A stretch of DNA of 32,000 nucleotides, taken from an uncultured archaeon (lineage in GTDB: Archaea; Asgardarchaeota; Jordiarchaeia; Jordiarchaeales; Jordiarchaeaceae). The notes beneath the pieces were generated by a model. It saw nothing but the letters and a program-made list of their open reading frames with translations. It did no database searches and was not told where the DNA came from. Made by a program: the position numbers and the translations under genes. Where the stretch lies: contig CAZECW010000126.1 in the NCBI GenBank assembly GCA_964510585.1, positions 1-32,000 of the forward strand. The letters are read 5' to 3'. This document shows positions 1 through 9,266 of this stretch, piece by piece (the stretch's first letter is position 1; each line of letters starts with the position of its first letter).

Positions 1-150
1 TCTGGTCTTGTTTTTTCGGCGGGGTTTTCCCCAGCGGTGGTGGGGGAGGGTTATGCTTTGTTCTCTTCTGGTGTGGGTTATTATCAGGATGGTCAGTAAA
101 ACATAAATGGGTAGAATGAGAATAACAGTTTGGAGTGTTGCCTCTATCAT
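1..150 (-). CDS. Partial small membrane protein (runs off left edge)
   Basis: Hand translation from ATG at 150: MIEATLQTVILILPIYVLLTILIITHTRREQ..., open to position 1. Hydrophobic N-terminal helix, weak SD-like AGTGAT upstream, divergent from DP2. Confidence 0.4.
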   Translation of the reverse strand, partial: MIEATLQTVILILPIYVLLTILIITHTRREQSITLPHHRWGKPRRKNKTR

Positions 151-341
151 TTTTATCACTATTATTACTTACGATGAAGCAACACTCCAACCTTTCGGTT
201 AAAATTGCACAAAAGACTTTTTACGCCCTCAACCATAGACATAAATGTAAGTTTTAATGTTTTATAGTTAAAAGTGACATGTTGGTATTGTAAAAATTGT
301 TTTAATTAAAAATGCATTATTTTTTGAGTGGAGATGCACTA

Positions 342-3300
342 ATGATGAACGCCAGTAAAGAGATGCTAGAATATTTTAAGACGATAGAAACTAGTTTTGA
401 CAATTTATACAATATTGTAAGGGAGGCACGTGGCAAGGGATTTGACCCTTCTATTGAGCCTGAGATTTTGACTGCAAAAGATGTTGCTGCAAGAGTTGAG
501 GGGTTGATTGGACTTAAGGGCGTAGCAGACCGTATAAGAGAATTAAGCACAAAAATGGCTAGAGATGAAGTAGCTTTTAAAATCGCAGAAGAAGTGGTCT
601 ATAGAAAGATTGGGAATATAAATAATGACGAAGAAGTTGCAGATAAGGCCATTCGTTTGGCATTAGCTTTATTAACTGAGGGGGTTACCGCAGCCCCAAT
701 TGAGGGAATAGCAGATGTTAGGATTAAAAGGAATCCTGATAATACTGAGTATCTAGCAATCTATTTTGCTGGACCTATTAGATCCGCCGGGGGAACAGAA
801 CAAGCAAAGACTGTTCTAGTGGCGGATTTTGTAAGGAGGCTTCTTCACTTAGATAGGTATAAACCTACAGATGACGAAATTGAACGCTTTGTAGAAGAGG
901 TTGATTTATATGAGCATAGAGTAACTCACCTACAATATCCTTCAACCCCCGATATGATAAGAAGGGTCTTGAAAAATCTTCCAGTCGAGGTAACAGGTGA
1001 ACCCACTGACACAATAGAGGTTTCAGGTCATCGAAATCTCCCAAGAATTGAGACAAATCAGTTAAGAGGCGGGGCTATTCTTGTACTAAATGATGGTTTA
1101 ATTGGCAAAGCTTCAAAAATTAAAAAAATTGTAGATCGTATGGGCTTCGAAGGATGGGAATGGCTATCAGAGTCTAAAGAGAAAAAAGAGAAGTTGGAAG
1201 TAAAGCCCAGCGCAACCTATCTGGCAGACGTTATTGCTGGCAGACCAGTTTTTGGAGAACCCTCAGCTACTGGTAGTTTTCGGCTCAGATACGGTCGTTC
1301 TAGAAACACAGGACTTTCAGCAGTAGGTATTAACCCTGCAACTATGATTGTTTTAGACGAATTCTTAGCTCCAGGGACGCACATTCGCACAGAAAGACCC
1401 GGTAAGGGCGCAATAGTTTTACCTGTGGACAGTATTGAAGGGCCTATTGTGAAGACATTGGACGGTTCGGTCGTAAAGATTAATACAGTAAAGGAAGCCA
1501 TGGAGGTTGCTAAAAAAATAGATAAAATTTTGTTTCTAGGAGATCTTCTAGTAGCGTTTGGAGAGTTTTTGGAAAATAATCATCCCTTAGTTCCCTCTGC
1601 CTACTGTGAAGAATGGTGGATTCAAGAACTCAAGAAAAAAATCAGTGAAAAATTTGGCGAAGATATTCAGGGTGCTTCTAGTTTTATAGGCGTTAACAAA
1701 GAACGTTTAGAACGTATGATCGAAGACCCGTTTTATTTCAAACCAACTGCCAAAGAGGCGTTAAACATTAGTGAGGCGCTGGGGGTACCCCTTCATCCTG
1801 AATACACATATTATTGGCATGATATACATGCTGATGAAGCCATAGAACTTCAGAAATGGTTAGAAAAAGTGGAGGTAAACGAAAAGGGTGAAATTGCTTC
1901 AAAAGCACCGAAAGGCATCAAAGAAATTTTGGAGAGGCTCGGTGTTCCCCACAAGTTTAAAGATAATAAAATCATTATCTCTGAGCACACTCCAGTTTTA
2001 ATGAGATGCCTATCGAAAAATAAGGTGGGGCAAAAAATTTCATTCTACCAATTTGGGGAGGGAATGAGTGGTCTTGATGTGGTGAAATCGCTCTGTGATA
2101 TACCTATAAGAGAAAGAGCCCCAATTTATGTTGGGGCAAGAATGGGGAGACCAGAAAAGGCTAAAGAAAGAATGCTTTCCCCTCCGGTGCATGTTTTGTT
2201 TCCAGTTGGATTGGAAGGAGGAAGTACGAGAAACATAGTTAAAGCGGCAGAGAAGGGAGTAATCTCTATTGAGGTGGCTAAAAGGGTCTGTCCTGAATGT
2301 GAAACCGTAACTTTCAATACCTTTTGTCCTTCCTGTAAAAAGGAAACCTTGTCGATAAACACTTGCTTGCAGTGCGGTTTTTCTCAAAATGTGGCGGCTT
2401 GCCCTAAATGCGGGGGGAAAATGCTACCATACGAAACTAGAAAAATAAATATTAAAGATGAACTCCAAAAAGCTATGAGAAGAATTGGAGAAGAGAAGGT
2501 CACCGAAGTAAAGGGCGTTCGGGGATTAATCAGTGAAGCAAAAATTCCAGAACCCCTAGAAAAGGGTATCCTCCGAGCCAAATACGACCTATATGTTTAC
2601 AAAGATGGTACAGTGAGATTTGATGCCACCGATGCTCCGCTTACTCATTTCACACCTAAGGAAATATCGGTGCCAGTAGAAAAACTACGCAGACTGGGTT
2701 ACACCCATGATTATAAAGGAATGCCTTTGGAGAATGAAAACCAAATAGTAGAGTTAAAACCTCAAGATGTAATAATTTCGGAGAACTGTGCCAATTATCT
2801 TGTAAGGGTAGCTAACTTTATAGACGATCTCCTAACTAAATTCTACATGATGCCAGCGTACTATCAAATAAAGAGCCTTGGAGATCTTGTTGGCCACCTT
2901 ATAATAGGTCTCGCCCCACATACGTCAGTAGGTATTGTTGGGCGTATCATCGGGTTTACAAAAGCGCAAGTTTGTTATGCACACCCGTACTGGCATGCCG
3001 CAAAAAGAAGAAACTGTGACGGGGACGAAGATTCTATAATGCTCGCATTAGATCCCTTATTGAACTTCTCTAAACTATTTGTGCCCAAAAAGAGGGGGGG
3101 AATGATGGACACTCCCCTAGTTATATCGGTGCATTTGGATCCTCAGGAGGTAGACAGTGAGTCACATAATATGGACATAATGGCACAGTACCCCCTAGAA
3201 TTTTATGAGAAAACTCTAAATTATGAGGATCCGAAAAACAATGAGAAATTAATAGATATAATTGCACACAGGCTCGGTAAGCCGGAACAGTATGAAAATT

Positions 3301-3767
3301 TCAAATTTACCCATCCAACCAGAGAAATATTTCAGGGCCCCCTAAAATCAAAGTATAAGGAACTCAACACTATGCTGGAAAAGGTAGAAGCTCAGTTGGA
3401 ACTATCAAACAAGATAAGAGCATCGAACGCAAAGATGGTCGCCATTAAAATAACTCAAAAACATTTTATCCGTGACATTGCAGGCAACTTAAAAGCGTTT
3501 TCCACACAAAAAAGTCGATGCCTAAATTGTAACAAAAAGTATAGGCGTCCCCCTCTTCAAGGAAAATGTACATCCTGCGGGGGAAAGCTGGTTTTAACAG
3601 TACATCAAGCAGGAATAGAAAAGTACCTTCCCTTTGCATTATCAATTGCGGATAGATTTGATTTGCCACCATATATAAAACAGAGATTAAACCTGCTGAA
3701 GCAAAACATTGGTTTAATATTTGAAGAGGAAAAGGTTAAACAAGCAAAGCTGAGTGAATTCTGCTAA
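342..3767 (+). CDS. polC: DNA polymerase D large subunit DP2
   Basis: Motifs YFAGPIRSAGGT, RLRYGRSRNTG, catalytic AKRRNCDGDED, Cys4 zinc fingers. ORF track starts at 312; ATG 342 follows an SD-like GGAG. No intein at RRN/CDGDED. Confidence 0.98.
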   Translation: MMNASKEMLEYFKTIETSFDNLYNIVREARGKGFDPSIEPEILTAKDVAARVEGLIGLKGVADRIRELSTKMARDEVAFKIAEEVVYRKIGNINNDEEVADKAIRLALALLTEGVTAAPIEGIADVRIKRNPDNTEYLAIYFAGPIRSAGGTEQAKTVLVADFVRRLLHLDRYKPTDDEIERFVEEVDLYEHRVTHLQYPSTPDMIRRVLKNLPVEVTGEPTDTIEVSGHRNLPRIETNQLRGGAILVLNDGLIGKASKIKKIVDRMGFEGWEWLSESKEKKEKLEVKPSATYLADVIAGRPVFGEPSATGSFRLRYGRSRNTGLSAVGINPATMIVLDEFLAPGTHIRTERPGKGAIVLPVDSIEGPIVKTLDGSVVKINTVKEAMEVAKKIDKILFLGDLLVAFGEFLENNHPLVPSAYCEEWWIQELKKKISEKFGEDIQGASSFIGVNKERLERMIEDPFYFKPTAKEALNISEALGVPLHPEYTYYWHDIHADEAIELQKWLEKVEVNEKGEIASKAPKGIKEILERLGVPHKFKDNKIIISEHTPVLMRCLSKNKVGQKISFYQFGEGMSGLDVVKSLCDIPIRERAPIYVGARMGRPEKAKERMLSPPVHVLFPVGLEGGSTRNIVKAAEKGVISIEVAKRVCPECETVTFNTFCPSCKKETLSINTCLQCGFSQNVAACPKCGGKMLPYETRKINIKDELQKAMRRIGEEKVTEVKGVRGLISEAKIPEPLEKGILRAKYDLYVYKDGTVRFDATDAPLTHFTPKEISVPVEKLRRLGYTHDYKGMPLENENQIVELKPQDVIISENCANYLVRVANFIDDLLTKFYMMPAYYQIKSLGDLVGHLIIGLAPHTSVGIVGRIIGFTKAQVCYAHPYWHAAKRRNCDGDEDSIMLALDPLLNFSKLFVPKKRGGMMDTPLVISVHLDPQEVDSESHNMDIMAQYPLEFYEKTLNYEDPKNNEKLIDIIAHRLGKPEQYENFKFTHPTREIFQGPLKSKYKELNTMLEKVEAQLELSNKIRASNAKMVAIKITQKHFIRDIAGNLKAFSTQKSRCLNCNKKYRRPPLQGKCTSCGGKLVLTVHQAGIEKYLPFALSIADRFDLPPYIKQRLNLLKQNIGLIFEEEKVKQAKLSEFC

Positions 3768-3842
3768 TTATTTAACTGATTCTGAAAAATATAGCCAGGA
3801 GAAAAATTATGGTAAATCCTAATAGGATATGAGAGGGTAAAA

Positions 3843-4118
3843 ATGTCTCCTATCTGGAGAAAAAAGGTGTATGAAGCTAAGGCTATTTTAAGAAAAAAGC
3901 GAAATGTTACACCAGGGATTGAAACTAGGACATTAATACTTGAGCTGATTAAACGCGAACCAAAAACAACCAGTGAAATAGCAAAAGAACTAAACATGTC
4001 ATATTCAAGGGTGCTGCTACAGCTAAGGAATATGACAAGAGAAGGCATCGTGGGAAAGACCGAGCAAAAACCAAGCCAATGGTACTTAACTGGGCAGGGG
4101 CAACAAGTCTTACTATAA
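3843..4118 (+). CDS. Small winged helix-turn-helix protein (ArsR/TrmB-like)
   Basis: ILELIKREPKTTSEIAKELNMSYSRVLLQLRNM is an HTH pattern, followed by a wing with conserved-looking W. Confidence 0.75.
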   Translation: MSPIWRKKVYEAKAILRKKRNVTPGIETRTLILELIKREPKTTSEIAKELNMSYSRVLLQLRNMTREGIVGKTEQKPSQWYLTGQGQQVLL

Positions 4119-4564
4119 CTTAATTCTCTTCTCCTTTTAGTCGATGAAAGATTCCAAACCAATCTCGAATAAGTTCAACATTACCCAATCAATATATACG
4201 AAATCAAATTTAGGACATGGATGCAAAATTTGAGCCATAAAAAAAGATCATAACCTATTATTATCCTTTTTTTGGGGAAGAGTTTATGGGATTTTTATCC
4301 CGCAAAAGTGCTACTAAAAAAGAAAAGAGCCTTAAGCATCTCCCGCTCATTCATTCCTAGTTTGATTAAAAACTAAAAGTATAGCTACCTAAACCTGAAG
4401 AATATGGTGACGCCTAAAATAAGCATAATTGGCTTATCCCCTTTTTATGACAGCACTTTCTACACAAAGGTTATCCCCAAAAATATGATCTAATAAATTT
4501 CCTCTTGAGAGCAAAACTAAAAAATAGGTGTTTACACTTAATGATACTGCAGATTACAAAGATT

Positions 4565-4661
4565 GGGCGCATGGTCTAGCGGTTATGACACCGCGTTCAC
4601 ACCGCGGTAAATCCTTTTTTGGGGAGCCGAATCCCCGGTTCGAATCCGGGTGCGCCCACCA
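4565..4661 (+). tRNA. tRNA-Val(CAC), 21-nt intron at 46/47 (4611-4631), CCA encoded
   Basis: Acceptor GGGCGCA/TGCGCCC, anticodon arm CCGCG-TTCACAC-CGCGG, T arm CCCGG-TTCGAAT-CCGGG. BHB helix CGGT/GCCG with bulges AA|A and AA|T. Spliced length 76 nt. Confidence 0.93.
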
Positions 4662-4969
4662 TAAACTCTTTATAAATCGTTAAATATTTAAGAAAACATT
4701 TGAGTTTAATAAAATGACGGCTAAAATGTCCCTTTAGTTTTAGGGTAACTTTTGTAGCTGCAAGTTGGAGGAAGTGTTTTCCCCTCTTTTTAACATCTTT
4801 TTTACAAAAAGGTGGAGAAGTAGTTTTGGAGGAAGGCAAAAAACATTAACCTCAAAATAAGCTATCCCGCCTCCTAAATGATTTTGTTTAAACAATGGGT
4901 TTGCTTGTCCAATTTTTGAAATAAATTTATATTTGGGACTTAAAACAATAAGTTGATGGAGGTTAAATT

Positions 4970-5167
4970 TTGCCGAAGGAAATATTTGACACTGAGAAAT
5001 TCGTTGAATTATCCGAAAATGCTACTGAGTGTCGTATGAAAGTTTTAGGTGACAATGAAGTTAAATTTAAACTCAGAACTAATAAGTATCTTTACACTTT
5101 AAAAGTTGATAAAAAGAAGGCTGAAGAATTAAGAGGCAAAATTAAGTGCCCCATTACTGAGCTTTAG
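4970..5167 (+). CDS. rpl38e: Ribosomal protein eL38
   Basis: MPKEI...VKFKLRTNKYLYTLKV is the eL38 signature. TTG start after GGAGGT. Confidence 0.92.
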   Translation: MPKEIFDTEKFVELSENATECRMKVLGDNEVKFKLRTNKYLYTLKVDKKKAEELRGKIKCPITEL

Positions 5168-5184
5168 AAGCATATTCCCCACAG

Positions 5185-5736
5185 TTATACCTCTAGACTT
5201 TTGATTTTTTCGTTAATTTTAGATTGGCACTTCTCACAAAAATTTTTGCTTTTTCTATCAGTGTCCAGTATGTGATTTGAAAAATGCATCACGCACCGGG
5301 GGTTTGGGCAGTGATTCAAAAAGAAGGTATGTCCTAATTCATGAACTGCTTCTTTTGTACAACGTTCAATAAAGATTTTTTCGTCCTTGGCTTGCCCATA
5401 GAATTCAGATCTGAGCCTATGGATGGATATTACGCATACATTGCCTTCCAAAGTGGCTTGGCCAAATATAAAATTAAGCCCCTTTGTGTAAAGGTCTACC
5501 GGTGTTATTCCCAGAATTTTGGAGTTTTTATTAGTAGCATAAATTTTTAAGGCTTCCAAAAAATGTGAAGAATTGTACTGTTGTCTGGAGAAATTATAAG
5601 CCTCCTTAGGGATGGGGAGTATACCAGAAATTTCGACTCGCAAAGGATAGAATATGACACTTAGTTCTTCTCTTAGCCTTTCAAGCAGATTACTCTCAAT
5701 TTCCCCAATTTTTACAAGAACTATTCTAGGTTTCAA
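5185..5736 (-). CDS. amzA: Archaemetzincin Zn-metalloprotease
   Basis: LNFIFGQA, KEAVHELGH, HCPNPRCVMHFSN...D...FCEKC. Confidence 0.92.
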   Translation of the reverse strand: MKPRIVLVKIGEIESNLLERLREELSVIFYPLRVEISGILPIPKEAYNFSRQQYNSSHFLEALKIYATNKNSKILGITPVDLYTKGLNFIFGQATLEGNVCVISIHRLRSEFYGQAKDEKIFIERCTKEAVHELGHTFFLNHCPNPRCVMHFSNHILDTDRKSKNFCEKCQSKINEKIKSLEV

Positions 5737-6214
5737 GTTTTTATCCTCAATGAAACTAATTAAATAAAATAAATAAAAGTATTATGATAATTATTCTACT
5801 TATTAATTTAAATTGCGTTGATTTACCTTTTTGTCATTCCAGTGGTTGAGAGCGGTCCTTAGTTCTGAAATGATGGAACCCTAAAAATAATAGTAAAAAA
5901 CTGATATGAGCTGAAAATCCGATTAATTTTTCACGAGTCAATGCTTTAAACCTCACGAAATGGTCGTAAAAGGTTTTTGGCGCCACTTGTGTGTAGAAGC
6001 TTTTTCTCGTCAGTTTGCAGCTTTCTAAAAGCCCTTATCCTTCTTCTTGCTCAGATGAGTCCGTTTTGTGGCTTTTATGGGAGGGGAGCTTCTCAAGAAA
6101 CCAGCTACCATAAAGATAACCAAGACCCGAAAATCAGAGTTTTTATGTTTCACAAAATTTTATTAAAAGGTTAAGCCACTATTTTTTTAACCATAAACAA
6201 AATGGGGTTCCACG

Positions 6215-6508
6215 TTGTCAAAAGAGCTTCTACAAAACCTCATCAATAGGAAGATATTAAACGAATTTGGAAAGAAGGTTGGGCAAGTATTAGATTTAAT
6301 AATTGATAAGAAAAGTGGCAAGATACAAGCAGTTGTAGCAAAGGTAGACAAGTCCGAAGAAATCCTACAAAAATTAACAAAAGACGAAAAGGGGAATACT
6401 TATATCCCGTTTTCAGTAATTTCTATTATTAAAAACGATTTTCAGATAGACGAGAAGAAGTTGAGATTAATTATTCTAAAAAAGAAAACAGCTTGGCAAG
6501 AATCGTAA
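6215..6508 (+). CDS. PRC-barrel domain protein
   Basis: LINRKILNEFGKKVGQVLDLIIDKKSGKI and IPFSVISII match the PRC-barrel pattern. TTG start. Confidence 0.8.
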   Translation: MSKELLQNLINRKILNEFGKKVGQVLDLIIDKKSGKIQAVVAKVDKSEEILQKLTKDEKGNTYIPFSVISIIKNDFQIDEKKLRLIILKKKTAWQES

Positions 6509-6583
6509 AAACCTTTTTTTCCAACCAATTACCCAACAATATTTTCGTGGAGAATAAATACCATACTACGAGAATTTTAAGAG

Positions 6584-7954
6584 ATGACTATGATTGCACA
6601 AGGAAAAATAAAATCGGTAGTGGACAGAAAATACAGGCCGAGAAGGGAGAGAAAAGAAAAAGATGCAATTAATACCCTCAAAGAAGAGCTCGTGGAGTTC
6701 ATGCTCGCAAATGATCAGCAAATACTGGAAGATTACAAAAAATTACAAAGTCAACTAGACTCTCTGGATGGGATAAGGGAAAAGCAATTCTGGCAGCATC
6801 TTCAAGAAGCTTTGAAAACTTTTAAACTGGATGAACCACAAAAAGCGGGCAAAATTCTTGAAATAGTTAAAAGTCTACTTCAAAGTTACACTATAAGACT
6901 GAATTCCAGCGATGTTAAAATACTCGAAGCAATTTATCAGCAACCACTTCTAACACTAGAGGGCATATGTTCAGTTACTAAACTTAGCTGGGGGACAGTT
7001 CAAAAAAGATATAACCAACTAGCGGGCAGCCAAGTTTACAAAACAGTAGCAGTCCCCAATTATGACAAATTAGGACTTGCACCAATAATAGTGCTTACCT
7101 CGGACAGTGAAAGAGAAATATCCAGTCCATATCTAACATCAATTCAAATAAATAACGGTTGGTGTAGCACCAATAGATTATGGGAGATGTTAATACCTAA
7201 ATCAAATCTCCAAGAATTTGCAAAAATCATCTTAAGACATTTGCAAAACTCACGAATATTTGAAAGATCATTCTTACTCCATAATGTTAACTTCACTTAC
7301 TTTGATTGTGGCAGCAGAAGCTGGAATATTAATTGGTCCCAATGGCAACTAGAACTAGAAAAAGAGGAAACTGTCAAGGTTATTTTAAACAATGAAAACT
7401 ACCACAGAAAACAGAGAATCAAAAGAATGGACTTGAAAATTCTACACTTTTTGACACAAAATCTTAGAAGGGAACAAAGAGAAATCGCCCAAGCCCTAAA
7501 TACCAGTGAATCAAAGGTATCCCTCTGCAAAAAAAATTTATACAATGACAAATACTTCACTCCCGTTTTGCAACTCACAAATAGAGCGGGGTTAACCGAA
7601 AACCTTCTCATTATATTAAAGGAAAAAATCCAAGAAATACCCTCTGCCTTCTTGAGACTCCCTCAAACAACAATTTATGAACTAACTGAATATAGCAGCA
7701 AAACAAAACAAACTGTAATTCAAACCCAACTTCCACCCGGTTCAAAAACAAGAATCAAAGAAATCCTAGAAAGAAAAAACCCCGACACCCAATTCTCAAA
7801 CTACACAATTCGAATAGAAAGCTTTCCCGAAACAATCACAGAGGCTTTCGATGATAAGAACCAAAATTGGATGTGGGGCCCCTCAACTCTCAAAATATAC
7901 CACAAAATCAATCGAAACCTAGAATCCCCCTATTATCAAATCCCGAAAATTTGA
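6584..7954 (+). CDS. Protein with two AsnC-like winged-HTH modules, putative regulator
   Basis: 456-aa ORF with two HTH-like segments: DVKILEAIYQQPLLTLEGICSVTKLSWGTV and DLKILHFLTQNLRREQREIAQALNTSESKV. Confidence 0.7.
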   Translation: MTMIAQGKIKSVVDRKYRPRRERKEKDAINTLKEELVEFMLANDQQILEDYKKLQSQLDSLDGIREKQFWQHLQEALKTFKLDEPQKAGKILEIVKSLLQSYTIRLNSSDVKILEAIYQQPLLTLEGICSVTKLSWGTVQKRYNQLAGSQVYKTVAVPNYDKLGLAPIIVLTSDSEREISSPYLTSIQINNGWCSTNRLWEMLIPKSNLQEFAKIILRHLQNSRIFERSFLLHNVNFTYFDCGSRSWNINWSQWQLELEKEETVKVILNNENYHRKQRIKRMDLKILHFLTQNLRREQREIAQALNTSESKVSLCKKNLYNDKYFTPVLQLTNRAGLTENLLIILKEKIQEIPSAFLRLPQTTIYELTEYSSKTKQTVIQTQLPPGSKTRIKEILERKNPDTQFSNYTIRIESFPETITEAFDDKNQNWMWGPSTLKIYHKINRNLESPYYQIPKI

Positions 7955-7996
7955 GCATCACATTTTTTTAAAGATTCTCGTCAACAAGTTTGTCGA

Positions 7997-9007
7997 TCAA
8001 CTCAGTTTAGCCCCAAGAGCATCCCACAACTGTTCCCTAACCAAAATTCCCACATTAACCTTTTCTCCCCCCCTTCTTACCAATATTCTCCTGCTTGGAG
8101 TAACCCGCCCAATTATAGTAGGGATACTTCCAACAGACCTAATAGCATCCAAAGCCTCAGCCTCCCCCCCAGGTCTGACGGTAACCAATAAAACTCCACT
8201 GGAAATTAAACACAAAGGATTTATTCTCAAAAGGGAACATATGTCCCGCGTCTCTTCTGCAACCGGAACCAATTCCTCCTCAATCCTAAAACCTACATTC
8301 GAAGCCTTAGCCATCTCAACTAAACCCCCCAGCAAGCCCCCTTCAGTTGGATCATGCATTGAGGTTACGACTCCAGTTTCATTAACAGCCAAAGCTTCTT
8401 TCACAACACTCAGACTAGAAAAGAAAGACTTTGCCTTTAACAGAAGTTTTTTATTTAAAAATTCACTCAAATCCTCGAAACGATCTGTAGCAAGAATCGC
8501 AGCCCCCTCCAAACCTGCGTGTTTAGTCATAATTATAACGTCATCAGCTCGCGCCCCACTTGTTAACACTAACCTCTCCTTAGTGGTTTCGCCAAACATG
8601 GTCCCACAAAGCAGAGCATTTTCCAAGTAAGGTACTACCTCAGTGTGCCCACCAACAACACAAACTCCTACCTCGCGGGCGGCCTCGTCTATATCCCTAC
8701 AAATCTTCTTCAGAAAACCGGTATCAGCTCCATTAGGTAATAGAATAGTCGAAGTGAAGAATTGTGGTACAGCACCTCTCACTGCCACATCGTTTGCATT
8801 TACATGAACTGCATACCACCCCATTCTGCTCTGAGTGCCAGTAATGGGGTCTGCGCCCACAACTAATAACTTTTCTCCAAAATCAATAACTGCTGCGTCT
8901 TGACCCACAGCAGGGCCACAAATCACCCTACCACAATTAACACCACCGTAGGGGAAAACAATCTTCTCTAACAAATTGTTGGGAACCTTGCCAATGGGCA
9001 GTTTCAT
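7997..9007 (-). CDS. AIR synthase-related (PurM/HypE/ThiL fold) protein
   Basis: GQDAAV, DPITG, VNANDVA, GGHTEV, MHDPTEGGL motifs. Confidence 0.9.
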   Translation of the reverse strand: MKLPIGKVPNNLLEKIVFPYGGVNCGRVICGPAVGQDAAVIDFGEKLLVVGADPITGTQSRMGWYAVHVNANDVAVRGAVPQFFTSTILLPNGADTGFLKKICRDIDEAAREVGVCVVGGHTEVVPYLENALLCGTMFGETTKERLVLTSGARADDVIIMTKHAGLEGAAILATDRFEDLSEFLNKKLLLKAKSFFSSLSVVKEALAVNETGVVTSMHDPTEGGLLGGLVEMAKASNVGFRIEEELVPVAEETRDICSLLRINPLCLISSGVLLVTVRPGGEAEALDAIRSVGSIPTIIGRVTPSRRILVRRGGEKVNVGILVREQLWDALGAKLS

Positions 9008-9132
9008 AAAACCACCAGTTCAAACCTAAAGAAACTAATTACTAAAACGAAGAAACAAGTCAATACTTAAACCTGAGGGTTGCCTAACAAACAGTGGCCA
9101 AAAAATGAGAATAGAGAAATAAGGGTAAAAAC

Positions 9133-9197
9133 GCAAACTCAACACTCAAGATCGTCGTCATCTTTTAGTCGGAGGGGTCAGATTCATCATCGTTTGC
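9133..9197 (-). ncRNA. Box C/D guide sRNA candidate
   Basis: Terminal stem GCAAAC/GTTTGC, box C ATGATGA (9190-9184), D' CTAA, C' ATGACGA, box D TTGA (9142-9139), guides of 15 and 12 nt. TATA TTTAATAA about 24 nt upstream. Confidence 0.8.
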
Positions 9198-9221
9198 ACA
9201 TATTACATATACCCTTTTTGC

Positions 9222-9229
9222 TTATTAAA
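9222..9229 (-). promoter_or_regulatory. TATA box for the C/D sRNA
   Basis: TTTAATAA on the minus strand; archaeal spacing puts the start near 9198. Confidence 0.55.
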
Positions 9230-9266
9230 TAGTATCTCTTCCTCACCAATAGTTTTCTATGGCTGG

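Noticed and set aside
2990-3030. Possible intein in DP2 at the known RRN/CDGDED site
   Set aside because: The motif is contiguous and the protein has normal length.
5836-5915. Second C/D sRNA (CTGA-AATGATG core with TTCCA/TGGAA stem)
   Set aside because: No convincing box C, and the spacing to the next CTGA is too long.
5977-6174. 65-aa ORF and local hairpins (TAGAAGCT/AGCTTTCTA, TTATGG/CCATAA)
   Set aside because: No recognisable protein or RNA family; the stems are short enough to be chance.
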